Of a DNA stretch of 20,000 bases, positions 1-8,700 are shown in pieces. The stretch's first letter is position 1. Every line of letters begins with the position of its first letter. A program made the position numbers and the translations under genes. The notes below the pieces were generated by a model, which was given only the letters and a program-made list of their open reading frames with translations, did not search any database and was not told the DNA's origin. Origin of the DNA: an uncultured virus (IMG/VR IMGVR_UViG_2740892424_000003) (taxonomy: Duplodnaviria; Heunggongvirae; Uroviricota; Caudoviricetes); IMG/VR virus record IMGVR_UViG_2740892424_000003. One strand, 5' to 3'.

Positions 1-2
1 TC

Positions 3-848
3 TCCACGGCCAGCATTGGGGCGCTAGTTGTTTTTGCGGCAAGCAGTGGCGGGGTTTACGTATCAAAAGATCGCGGCCTTACTTGTTTGATTGCCTCTGG
101 CGTTTCAGCTTCTGCCGTTTTCGAGTGCAATGGATTTATCTATGCAAGTAACAGTGGCAGCCTGCGACGCACGTCTAACGGGGATACTTGGGAGTACTGC
201 ACCGGAGTTACAGGTGCCGTTTGTGGTATCGCGTATGGGAATGGGGTGTATATCGCCCCATCAAGTGACTCAACGAATGTATGCTGGACAAGTTCGGATG
301 GTGTTTCATTCTCGATAAAGGTGACAGCTCCTGCAGCGGTAAAAACCAGCATTTGCTTTTCAAATGGATTGTTCTTTTTATCGACGACTCAAAGTTCGGT
401 TGTTGGCCCAAGCGTATCTAACAACGGTGAGTCATGGTTCGTTGCAACCCTCTACCAAGGGGCGTCACTGCTTGTTCACTTGGTTATTTCTGCTGTTGAT
501 CGAATTTACGCATTCACCAATGCGGGAATCTTTGAAACGTTGGATGCAACGCAATGGATTAAAATTGGTGTTATGCCGTCTTCATATACTGCCACGCCTA
601 ATTTCCCGCGAGGGTTCTATCAAGATGGATTGCTTGGTGTTTTATCCTCCTCATCAGTGTTGATGGCAAATCACCCCTCCGCCCTAGTGTCAATCACCTT
701 TGGTGGCGCTGCTCATGCTGCATGTATTTCTGGTGACTACCTTATTGCAGGACTTACGAAACCATCCAGTATTGTTCACAGGAGGAAGCTGGGGCGGGTT
801 GTAGGAAATCCAAGATATATAAGCGGAATTTACTACAGGGTAAAATGA
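3..848 (+). CDS. Phage tail fibre/receptor-binding protein, C-terminal part (5'-truncated by the window), beta-propeller with Asp-box/BNR-like repeats
   Basis: The frame is open from position 3 (STASIGALVVFAASSGGVYVSKDRGLT...), so the track start at 87 is not the real start. Repeated SxDGxxW/F motifs (SKDRGLT, SNGDTW, SSDGVSF, SNNGESW, TLDATQW). Lower GC than downstream genes; followed by a chaperone-like gene. Confidence 0.7.
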   Translation, partial: STASIGALVVFAASSGGVYVSKDRGLTCLIASGVSASAVFECNGFIYASNSGSLRRTSNGDTWEYCTGVTGAVCGIAYGNGVYIAPSSDSTNVCWTSSDGVSFSIKVTAPAAVKTSICFSNGLFFLSTTQSSVVGPSVSNNGESWFVATLYQGASLLVHLVISAVDRIYAFTNAGIFETLDATQWIKIGVMPSSYTATPNFPRGFYQDGLLGVLSSSSVLMANHPSALVSITFGGAAHAACISGDYLIAGLTKPSSIVHRRKLGRVVGNPRYISGIYYRVK

Positions 849-849
849 C

Positions 850-1149
850 ATGAACATGTTTATTGTTGATGGTCCTGGTGCTAATCGCGCTAGCGTCGGA
901 TTTAACGATATTGATCTCGAAATAAATGACAAGGTGTTAGCCATAAAAGCCGAGGCGGAGCGCCGTATCACCGCCTTGGACTGGCGCCTGCAAAGGGCTC
1001 AGGAGCGTGAGCAGCTTGGCGAGGCAGGTTTCGAGACGGTAGCCAATGTGTTGGCTCTGCGCGAACAGATCCGGCAGGCCAGCAATGCCGCTGAGCAGGC
1101 CGTATCCACGCTAACCGATGTTGGCGCTGTGCGCGCGTTCACCTGGTGA
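850..1149 (+). CDS. Putative tail fibre assembly/chaperone protein (99 aa)
   Basis: Starts 1 nt after the fibre stop. Helical, with the pattern IKAEAERRI...REQIRQASNAAE and a C-terminal W typical of fibre-associated small proteins. Confidence 0.6.
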   Translation: MNMFIVDGPGANRASVGFNDIDLEINDKVLAIKAEAERRITALDWRLQRAQEREQLGEAGFETVANVLALREQIRQASNAAEQAVSTLTDVGAVRAFTW

Positions 1150-1165
1150 ACGCAGAGACTTGAGT

Positions 1166-1192
1166 AAGCCGCCATCTGGCGGCTTTTTTATT
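1166..1192 (+). terminator. Rho-independent terminator
   Basis: AAGCCGCCA-TC-TGGCGGCTT followed by TTTTATT. Confidence 0.85.
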
Positions 1193-1201
1193 GGGGGAAA
1201 T

Positions 1202-2107
1202 ATGGTAGCCATCACAGCGACAACCACGCCTTTTGATGCCAAAGACGTGAACGACCAGGTTAATAAAACGATCAGCCAGGATGGCTTGCTGATGCGCATG
1301 GCCAAGGCCAAAGGCGAGCAGTACGCAGCTGGCCGCGGGCTCTCCAACAGCTCAATCGGTGCCGAGGCGTCGCAACGGGCGATCGTTGATGCTGCGTTAC
1401 CTATTGCCAGCCAGAACGCGGGGCAGGCATGGAAGAGTGACGAGAACCGAATTGATCGCGGTCATCAGCTGACTATGCAGGGGAACCAGTTTGGCCATGA
1501 AAAGGGAATGGCCAATATCAACGCGCAACTGCAAAAAGAGCGCGATCAGCTGTTGCACAAAAACAGCCTGGGGATGCTGGATGCAGAGGGCCAACAGCGC
1601 CTGAAAGAGTTGGGTGTTCAGAACCAATATCAAACTGAGCGCGATCAGCTGCTGCATAAGAACAGTCTCGGAATGCTGGATGCCGAAGGCCAACAGCGGC
1701 TGAAAGAGCTTGGGGCGCAGAGTGAGTACCAGAAGGAGCGGGATCAGCTATTGCACAAAAACAGCCTGGGGATGCTGGATGCAGAGGGCCAACAGCGCCT
1801 GAAAGAGTTAGATAACCAAAACAAGGCCAGCCTGGATCAGCTGGCCCAGCAGGTAGTGGCCAACACCCACGGCATGTACATGAGCACGGTCGATAAGGCA
1901 GTCAGCTCCTATAACGACCGCTATGCAGCTGTCATGGCTGACAACACGATGAAGGCTACAGACAAAGAGAAGCTGGTCAACAACATGAAGACCGAACTCA
2001 ACTCGACACTGAATATGTACCAGCAGATGTACTCCAACATCAGCACCATCAAACCGGATTGGACTAAGTTCCCGTCCGCATCATTGCCCGGCGTGAACGT
2101 AAAGTAA
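1202..2107 (+). CDS. Putative virion DNA-ejection/pilot protein with three 33-aa repeats (301 aa)
   Basis: ATG 1202 follows GGGGG; the track start at 1118 would run through the terminator. Q/N/A-rich helical composition; first gene of a cluster preceding a giant virion protein. Confidence 0.6.
   Translation: MVAITATTTPFDAKDVNDQVNKTISQDGLLMRMAKAKGEQYAAGRGLSNSSIGAEASQRAIVDAALPIASQNAGQAWKSDENRIDRGHQLTMQGNQFGHEKGMANINAQLQKERDQLLHKNSLGMLDAEGQQRLKELGVQNQYQTERDQLLHKNSLGMLDAEGQQRLKELGAQSEYQKERDQLLHKNSLGMLDAEGQQRLKELDNQNKASLDQLAQQVVANTHGMYMSTVDKAVSSYNDRYAAVMADNTMKATDKEKLVNNMKTELNSTLNMYQQMYSNISTIKPDWTKFPSASLPGVNVK
1538..1810 (+). repeat. Three tandem 99-nt repeats (ERDQLLHKNSLGMLDAEGQQRLKEL...), third unit partial
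   Basis: Units start at 1538, 1637 and 1736; the 25-aa core is identical in all three. Confidence 0.95.
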
Positions 2108-2116
2108 GGGGGTCAC

Positions 2117-2487
2117 ATGTTTGATTTTGGCGGCATGGTATCAAGTGCGATCGACATGGCCGATCAGGCGGTCGATGCGGTGCTTGGTGGCCTTTCCAGT
2201 GCGGGATCTTGGATGCAGAGTAATCCGGGTGCGGCAACGCTACTTGGTTCAGCCCTGGTCGCTGGCGGCTCATACCTTGAGAACCGAGAGGCTCAGAAGA
2301 ACCAGCGCAATATGCAGAAAGACATATGGGGTAGGGAGGACCAATTACGACAGGAGAACGGCCTGCCGGCCAACCTGACTCCGGTCGAGTACCAGGTATC
2401 AACGCCAGGGCTTGCCGGTGATGGCATGTCTACGGGGGGGCTCTTACCAGCGGGCTTCTTGCCAACATCAAGAAGCAGGGGGCGTAA
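2117..2487 (+). CDS. Small Gly/Ala-rich putative ejection protein (~123 aa) with an apparent frameshift at the G7 run 2434-2440
   Basis: RBS AAGGGGG. Adding one G gives ...TGGALTSGLLANIKKQGA*, stopping at 2485-2487 directly before the next ATG (2488). As assembled, the frame runs 289 nt into the next gene as low-complexity sequence. Confidence 0.65.
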
Positions 2488-3693
2488 ATGGCAAAGGGTA
2501 GCGGAAAGGGCAGCAGCAGCGGCAGCAGCAAGGGGAGTAGTGGCGGCAGCAAAGGCGCCAGCAGCTCGAGCAAGGGCGCTAGCAACAATAACCGCAATGG
2601 AAGCAGCCAAGGTGCCAGCGCAGGCAATCGTGGCAGCACATCCAGCTCCAGCTCCAGCAGCAAGGGTGCGGCATCCAGCAAGAGTGGTGGCGCGAGTTCA
2701 TCGGGCAGCAAGGGGGCATCTTCAACCAGCCGCGGCGGGCCTAGTTCAATTGGTGGTGGATCCAGTTATGGCATGAGCAAGGGCTCATTCAACAACTCAA
2801 TAGGTGCCAACAACAAGGGGCAGCAAGCCACCAGTGGTAACGGTAAAAACGACAACAACAGCGTTGCCAGTCGAATTGCGTCCGTCAGCAAGACCCTGAG
2901 CACCTACAAGGCCACCTCTACTCCTCCAAACCACAACATCAGCTCGATCGGCGGCCCGTCGATGTATGGCATGCACGATGGTTCATTTGGTGGAAAGGCC
3001 AAGGGAGCTCTTGGTCTTGGCCCGTCCACCAATTTCAACGAAACCATCAAGACTGACAATGTGAATGGGGTGATCGGCAACCTGCAGCGCAAGGCGCAAA
3101 ACGGCACTCTAACCGCCCGCGACAGGACCAATGTTGCCGACGCGTCCGGGGCATATAACAAACAGGCTGGCGCCAATATTTTTGGCGGCGCGCTGTTGGG
3201 AGGGGCTGGCAAGGCGGTTGCGGGGCTGGTCGGGGATATCGGAAATACCGACTCCTACTTCTCAGGCATCGGCCGAGATGCTGCGCGCGGTGATTTTGAT
3301 AGTGAACGGTTAACGGGGCAGCGAGGGCAGGCGCTGGGGTCAGAAGGGGGATTAGACTCGACCCTGAAAACCGCCTTGGGATTTTTGTCTGGCGTGGTGC
3401 CTGGTGCTGGCCAACTGCTTTCTGGTGTGGCGAGCGGCTTGACTCAGCCAGCATCAGGCTTTGGTGCTTCGCTCAACGACCTCAACGTACAGGCCGGTAA
3501 CAACTTCAATCAAGCCGGTGCAAATCGCAGCAATGGCGGCAGCAATGGCGATATCGCATCAGCCCCGCCCCGCTACTCGCTGCCAAACAACAATGACCTC
3601 GATAAGAGCATGGCTGGCGACTTTAATTTCAACCCCAGCCGATTTGATGTAACCCCCGGTATCCGGGCTCAGTATGCATGGGATGGTGAGTAA
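2488..3693 (+). CDS. Ser/Gly-rich putative ejection (internal virion) protein (401 aa)
   Basis: RBS GGGGG. About 90-aa S/G/K low-complexity N-terminus and Gly-rich hydrophobic segments; TAATG coupling to the next gene. Confidence 0.7.
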   Translation: MAKGSGKGSSSGSSKGSSGGSKGASSSSKGASNNNRNGSSQGASAGNRGSTSSSSSSSKGAASSKSGGASSSGSKGASSTSRGGPSSIGGGSSYGMSKGSFNNSIGANNKGQQATSGNGKNDNNSVASRIASVSKTLSTYKATSTPPNHNISSIGGPSMYGMHDGSFGGKAKGALGLGPSTNFNETIKTDNVNGVIGNLQRKAQNGTLTARDRTNVADASGAYNKQAGANIFGGALLGGAGKAVAGLVGDIGNTDSYFSGIGRDAARGDFDSERLTGQRGQALGSEGGLDSTLKTALGFLSGVVPGAGQLLSGVASGLTQPASGFGASLNDLNVQAGNNFNQAGANRSNGGSNGDIASAPPRYSLPNNNDLDKSMAGDFNFNPSRFDVTPGIRAQYAWDGE

Positions 3694-4172
3694 TGGGATT
3701 GATTCAAAGTATGCAGGGCCAGCAACCACAACAACCACAGCAGCAGGGCGGTAATGATGACGCCATGCATGCCAGCTTGATGGAGATGCTGGGCGCCACC
3801 CTGCTTGGTGATGGTGGGCAGGCCGTTGCCGGTCGCTTGCAGGCCGGCGAGGACAAGATCCAGGGGGTGGCCGATGCGGTGGCAGGGGGCATTTTCACCA
3901 TCCTCAAGCAGGCCATGGAAGCCGGTCGCGGCGTTCCTGCTCAGCAGATCGTCAAAGCGGTGTATGCCGGCTGCCGTGAGATGCTGACATCGGGCAAAAT
4001 TGGCGATCCAGATAGCAAGATCGACGCCCTGTTTCGCGCCATGGACAAACTCAAGGAGATGGACGCCGAGAACGACGTGATTGACGATCAGATCCTGGCT
4101 GAGGCCAGTCAGATACTGGAGGCTATCGTGCAAAAAATGGATGAAGCCGAACAGCAAGGGGGTGCAGCATGA
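3693..4172 (+). CDS. Phage protein, acidic helical (159 aa), ejection-gene cluster
   Basis: Coupled at both ends (TAATG, ATGA); high GC3. Confidence 0.75.
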   Translation: MGLIQSMQGQQPQQPQQQGGNDDAMHASLMEMLGATLLGDGGQAVAGRLQAGEDKIQGVADAVAGGIFTILKQAMEAGRGVPAQQIVKAVYAGCREMLTSGKIGDPDSKIDALFRAMDKLKEMDAENDVIDDQILAEASQILEAIVQKMDEAEQQGGAA

Positions 4173-4903
4173 GCCTGCTCGCAGCATTAGCCAAGGGCTT
4201 TGGTGCCGGTACCGTCAATAACGCGCAGGTAGGGTTTGCGGAGCAGCAGCGCCTGCGTGAAGCCGCTCAGCGTAAAGACGAGATGGGAACGGAGCTGGCC
4301 GCCCGTGACAAGTTGACACAGAAGCAGATCGACGCGAGCCGTGAAGAGAACAATACCCGATTCAAGGCAATGGCTGGCGAGAACCAGAAGAACCGGGATC
4401 ATGACTGGGCCATGTTCGAGAGGCGACTTGCACTGGAAACGCAAGCAGCGGCGGCCAACGCCAGCGTTCGCGCCCGCGAGACTCACGCCAAGAACATCAT
4501 GGGCACCATGGATCAGCTGTCCAAGCGCAAGGCGGAGCTGATGGGGAACGACAAGATTACCGATGAACAGCGCGCAGTAGCTCTGGGCGAGATTGATACA
4601 TTGGGCTACACCTTGGCATCTGACCCTGGCGCCCAGCAACTGCTGGGGGAGTTTGGGGGTGGAGGCTACGCCAATTACTGGCTTTCCTTGGCGCCGCAGA
4701 AGCAGGCCGAGCCGACCCAGGCACCACAACAATCAGTCGCCCCCCCTGCAACCCAGCCACCAAAACCGCAAGGCATCATCCCTCGTATGCAGGGTGACCG
4801 CTCTATCGAGAAGGCACTGATACAGTCTGGCAGGGAGGCATTGAATGCCAATAAAAATCCTGACGCCATGGCATCCAGCGCTTACCAGCAGATGTACAAA
4901 TAA
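4169..4903 (+). CDS. Putative ejection/DNA-transfer protein (244 aa)
   Basis: MSLLAALAKGFGAG N-terminus followed by a coiled coil, typical of podovirus injection proteins; ATGA overlap. Confidence 0.65.
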   Translation: MSLLAALAKGFGAGTVNNAQVGFAEQQRLREAAQRKDEMGTELAARDKLTQKQIDASREENNTRFKAMAGENQKNRDHDWAMFERRLALETQAAAANASVRARETHAKNIMGTMDQLSKRKAELMGNDKITDEQRAVALGEIDTLGYTLASDPGAQQLLGEFGGGGYANYWLSLAPQKQAEPTQAPQQSVAPPATQPPKPQGIIPRMQGDRSIEKALIQSGREALNANKNPDAMASSAYQQMYK

Positions 4904-4932
4904 TAAAGCCCGCCGAGTGGCGGGCTAATTTG
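4904..4932. terminator. Terminator hairpin between convergent genes, likely bidirectional
   Basis: AGCCCGCC-GAGT-GGCGGGCT flanked by A-rich and T-rich tracts. Confidence 0.75.
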
Positions 4933-4964
4933 TTCAGCTGACTGTATTTTTATCTTGTAAGTTA

Positions 4965-5510
4965 CTACTTAACATCTGCTGATTTTGCCAATTCATCAAG
5001 GGCTTTTTTAAAGCCATCCGCATGGCCGACAGTGCTGATAACTGCGTTTTCTTTCTGTTCCCCTTCATTTATGAAGTGTTTTTTAAGTATTGATTCAAAA
5101 CCTCTAACATCAGTATCGTGCCCATTGAAATTAACTATATTGGATGATGCCATTTTGACTGCTATCTCAATAGATTCGTCGCCAAACACCTGCGTATAGC
5201 ACTGAGAAAACCCACTCTTCTGTTTCTTTGTTGATGTTGCCTTGTATTGCTCACCATCAACAATTAGATCTCCATTGCATCTTGTTGCATTTATTTCTAG
5301 CAATGTGAAAGCTGATTCATTATTTAATGCTTCAAAGGTTACTTGGACCAAGTCATCATGATAAGACGCCCCAATCCACCCCTTTTGTCCATTCCAGTCT
5401 TTAACAATTTCCCATCTATTGGTATCTCGACCATCAATAGAAACATTCTCATGCTTGGCACAGCTAAAAATAAACACTGACATAATGACAGCTGCCATCT
5501 CTTTTTTCAT
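4965..5510 (-). CDS. Lipoprotein moron (181 aa), function unknown
   Basis: Signal peptide MKKEMAAVIMSVF-IFS-C17; RBS GAGGG; markedly AT-rich; antisense to the late operon. Confidence 0.8.
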   Translation of the reverse strand: MKKEMAAVIMSVFIFSCAKHENVSIDGRDTNRWEIVKDWNGQKGWIGASYHDDLVQVTFEALNNESAFTLLEINATRCNGDLIVDGEQYKATSTKKQKSGFSQCYTQVFGDESIEIAVKMASSNIVNFNGHDTDVRGFESILKKHFINEGEQKENAVISTVGHADGFKKALDELAKSADVK

Positions 5511-5700
5511 ATAACAAATCCCTCTGTTTTAATCCTCATAGAAGATCATTTAATGGAACTATAACATGACCACATGATGCCCCATTTGGTGCCAAAAATC
5601 CTTGATGCCACGCACACCGCAAGAATGCCACCAAGCTCACTGTGATAGCAGAGCCGAGCTTGCCATTTAGACAGTAGTGGCACAAAATTTCCCCATCATG

Positions 5701-5731
5701 GCCGGACCCTTAACAGGGGCCGGCTTTTTTA
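5701..5731 (+). terminator. Rho-independent terminator just upstream of the polyvalent gene
   Basis: GCCGGACCCT-TAAC-AGGGGCCGGC (one mismatch) followed by TTTTTTA. Confidence 0.8.
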
Positions 5732-5752
5732 TTGCCTGCGGAGAACGACTAC

Positions 5753-8700
5753 ATGGCCAAGCCAACCCGGGATGACTTCATTGCTGCCGCCAGGGCGCGC
5801 TATTTACCACAGCAACCAGACGACAATGGTGGCGATGAGCAGGGCATCATCGGTGACACTGTTGACATGTTCCAGCGTGGCCTGGGGCAGACCCTGGGTG
5901 GCGACCTTGAAACGGTTGGCCAGCTGACTGGCTCGCAGGGTATCAAGGATGCCGGGCGCGGCGTCAGTGCTTGGGCTGATGGGCAGCTGGATCAGGCGTC
6001 TACTCCCATGCGTGAGGCCATGGGCAAGCAGTTCTTTCAGGAAAATGCAGAGACTGGCGCCATTGAGGCAGGCGATGCATGGGCAGATCCGCGCGCGTGG
6101 GCGGGCAACTTCTCTACCGTGCTGGGCCAGTTTGTCGGGTTGGTGGGCGGTACCAAGGGGGCTGGGCTTATCGCCAAGCCCGCCCTGCGTGGCGCTGGCA
6201 AGCTGCTGGCAAAGGATCTGGTGGAAGGGCAAGCCAAAGAACTGGTGGCAAAAGCCACGGTGAAGGATGCCATCAGCGCTGGTGCGCTCGACTCGGTTCG
6301 GGCGGCGTATCTGGCGGCACCAGGGGAGGCAGCAAAGCGGGCTGTGCTGGATAAGGCCATTGGGCGCCTGACCTCCATTGGTTATGGTGCTCACGCTGGC
6401 GCCATGGCGTCTGGCATGCGGGCCCAGCAAGCAGAGCAAGAGGCGCGTGGCTACTTCAATGGGCTTGGCAACGACGAGCTCAACGCCAACCCCATCTATC
6501 AGCAGGCTTATTGGGAGCTGGCTGATGGCGAGATGCAGGGGGCTGACATTGGCGATATTCGACGAGCGGCGATCGACAGTGTTGCGGAGCTGGCGGCCAC
6601 CGATGCGTGGTCAGACCCGCGTGCGCTAACAGCGGATTTTCTATCCGGGGTGATGACTGGTGCCGGTGGTGGTGTCGGCGGTTTACTCGGCAAGGTGGGA
6701 AGCACCCGGGCTGGCGCTGCCGTGCGCGGCTTTGCCGGTGAAGGAGCCACTGAGGCGTGGCAGGGTGGCGAGACGCAGCGAGCCGTGAACCAGGCAGTGC
6801 AAGAGTGGGCGGACGAGAGTCGCGACCCCATGGCGGGCGTGCTGTCTGCTGCGCTGAACGAGGGGACGATTGGCGGCGCATTCGGTGGCGTAGTGGGTGC
6901 CGTGCATGGCCCACAGGCTCCAGATATGGCCAAGCCCTTGGTGCGGGTTGAGCGCCGGGTGGTTACCGGTGACCAGCAGATGGATGACATGATCCACGGC
7001 CTCGACCAGCGCCAGGCTGAGCGCGGGGCCAGCATCAGCAGCCAGATCGACAGCATGTTTGCCGGTGCCAACAACCCATTAGGGTCTGGCAAGTTCGATC
7101 CGGTTCGTGATGTGCCGGCTTACCAGCGACAGGGCTTTGTTCGTGGTAGTCACGACTTCCAGGGGAAAGCAATCGTACCGCTGGAGGGTGAGTTGCTGGA
7201 TCCGGCTACCGCCATGTCCGCCACGCCCAGTGGCCCACAGCCTGATATGGGTGGGCAACCTTCTGATCCCGCCCTTGATATGACCGCCATTGCCGATCAG
7301 CGCATCAGTGGCGAGTTGCAAGATGAGGCTGCCCTGCCTGGGCAGCAGGCCAATCTGCTGCCTGGTGCGACCTATGAGGGGGAGGCGCGCGAGGTGGGTA
7401 CAGATCTGCCAGTACCGCGCGGCCCGGCACCGGCACTGCCAGAGTCGAGCAACGCCGCCACAGTTCCACTGCCTGAAAGCGTGCGACTGACGCGCCGTGG
7501 CTTGCCTTTCTCCAGTGAGAAGGAGGCAGCCCTGGCCAGCCGCCAGGATGAAACCCCCATTCCCCTCGATGGCGGCGGCTTTGGCATCGCCAAGATTGCC
7601 GAGTTGGAGCAGGGGCGTGGCGAGCAGGCCGCGACTGTACCGCAAGACATCAACCAAGAGGTGAGAGATAACAGCTTGCCGCAACCGCTCGCGCCTGCCG
7701 TCGATACCGGATACCGCGAGGAGATCCCCGCCACCCAACCACAAGCAGAGGTTTTCAATGAGCAGGCTCCCCAGGTACTTGCAATCAGCAGTGAACGACA
7801 AGGTGATCAGCCTGGAGCAGGCCAACCAGTTGCAGAGAGCGCTGGAGCAGCCACTGCCGGACTCTCCGACCGAGCTGGAACCGGAGATCGGGCAGGTCTC
7901 CTTGCTTCTGCACCTGTACCAGATGGACAGCAGCAGAATGACCAAACACTGACTGCCCCGGCCACTGATGCCGGGGTTGATGTTTCTGGGCCTGCCGATC
8001 CCGCCCCGCTGCCGTGGGCTGAGTCCATCAACAATGCCGATGGCACCATCACGCTCAAAGGCGAGATCCCCATTATCAGGCAATGGGCCAAGGATAACGG
8101 GGTGAAGGCGATCCCAGGCAAGGGTGGGGTGGTCGTAGCCAAGTCCTCTGCCGCCAAGGTGCTGGATATGGTGGCACCAGCCGCCACTAAGCCGGTGCAG
8201 CAGATCGAAGCTGCCCGCGCCGAGGTTGCTCCCGAGCCCACAGAAGCACAGAAGGAGGCGGGGAACTACAAGAAGGGCCACCTCACGCTGCAGGGGCTGG
8301 ATATCGCACTGGAGGACCCCAAGGGGTCCACCCGCTCCGGCACCGATCAGGATGGCAAGGCGTGGCAATCGACCATGGCCCACGACTACGGCTACATCAA
8401 GCGCACCCTGGGGGCGGACGGCGATCACGTCGATGTGTTCATCGGTGACCAGCCGGATAGCGAAACGGTCTATGTGGTGGATCAGGTAGACCCCAAGACC
8501 GGCAAGTTTGACGAGCACAAGGTGATGATGGGGTTTGCCGACGAGCAGGCGGCCCGGGCCGGATACCTGGCCAACTATGAAAAGGGCTGGAAGGGGCTCG
8601 GCACTATCAAGGCCATGCCGGTTGATGAGTTCAAGGTATGGGTGAAGGAAGGGGATACCACCAAACCGATCGATGGCAAAGAGGAAGGGAAGCCTGCTGG

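Noticed and set aside
1538..1810. CRISPR-like or non-coding repeat array
   Set aside because: In-frame coding repeats with synonymous variation and no unique spacers.
2488..2776. Extension of ORF 2117 to 219 aa
   Set aside because: Ala-rich out-of-frame read of the Ser/Gly gene, better explained by the G7 frameshift.
7290..7490. Other +1-frame ORFs inside the polyvalent gene (also 5949, 6378, 8226, 9138)
   Set aside because: Arg/Cys/Trp-rich off-frame composition, no RBS and no GC3 switch, unlike 7758-7952.
7676..7716. Sigma70 promoter for the nested gene (TTGCCG as -35)
   Set aside because: No acceptable -10 at 16-18 nt spacing.
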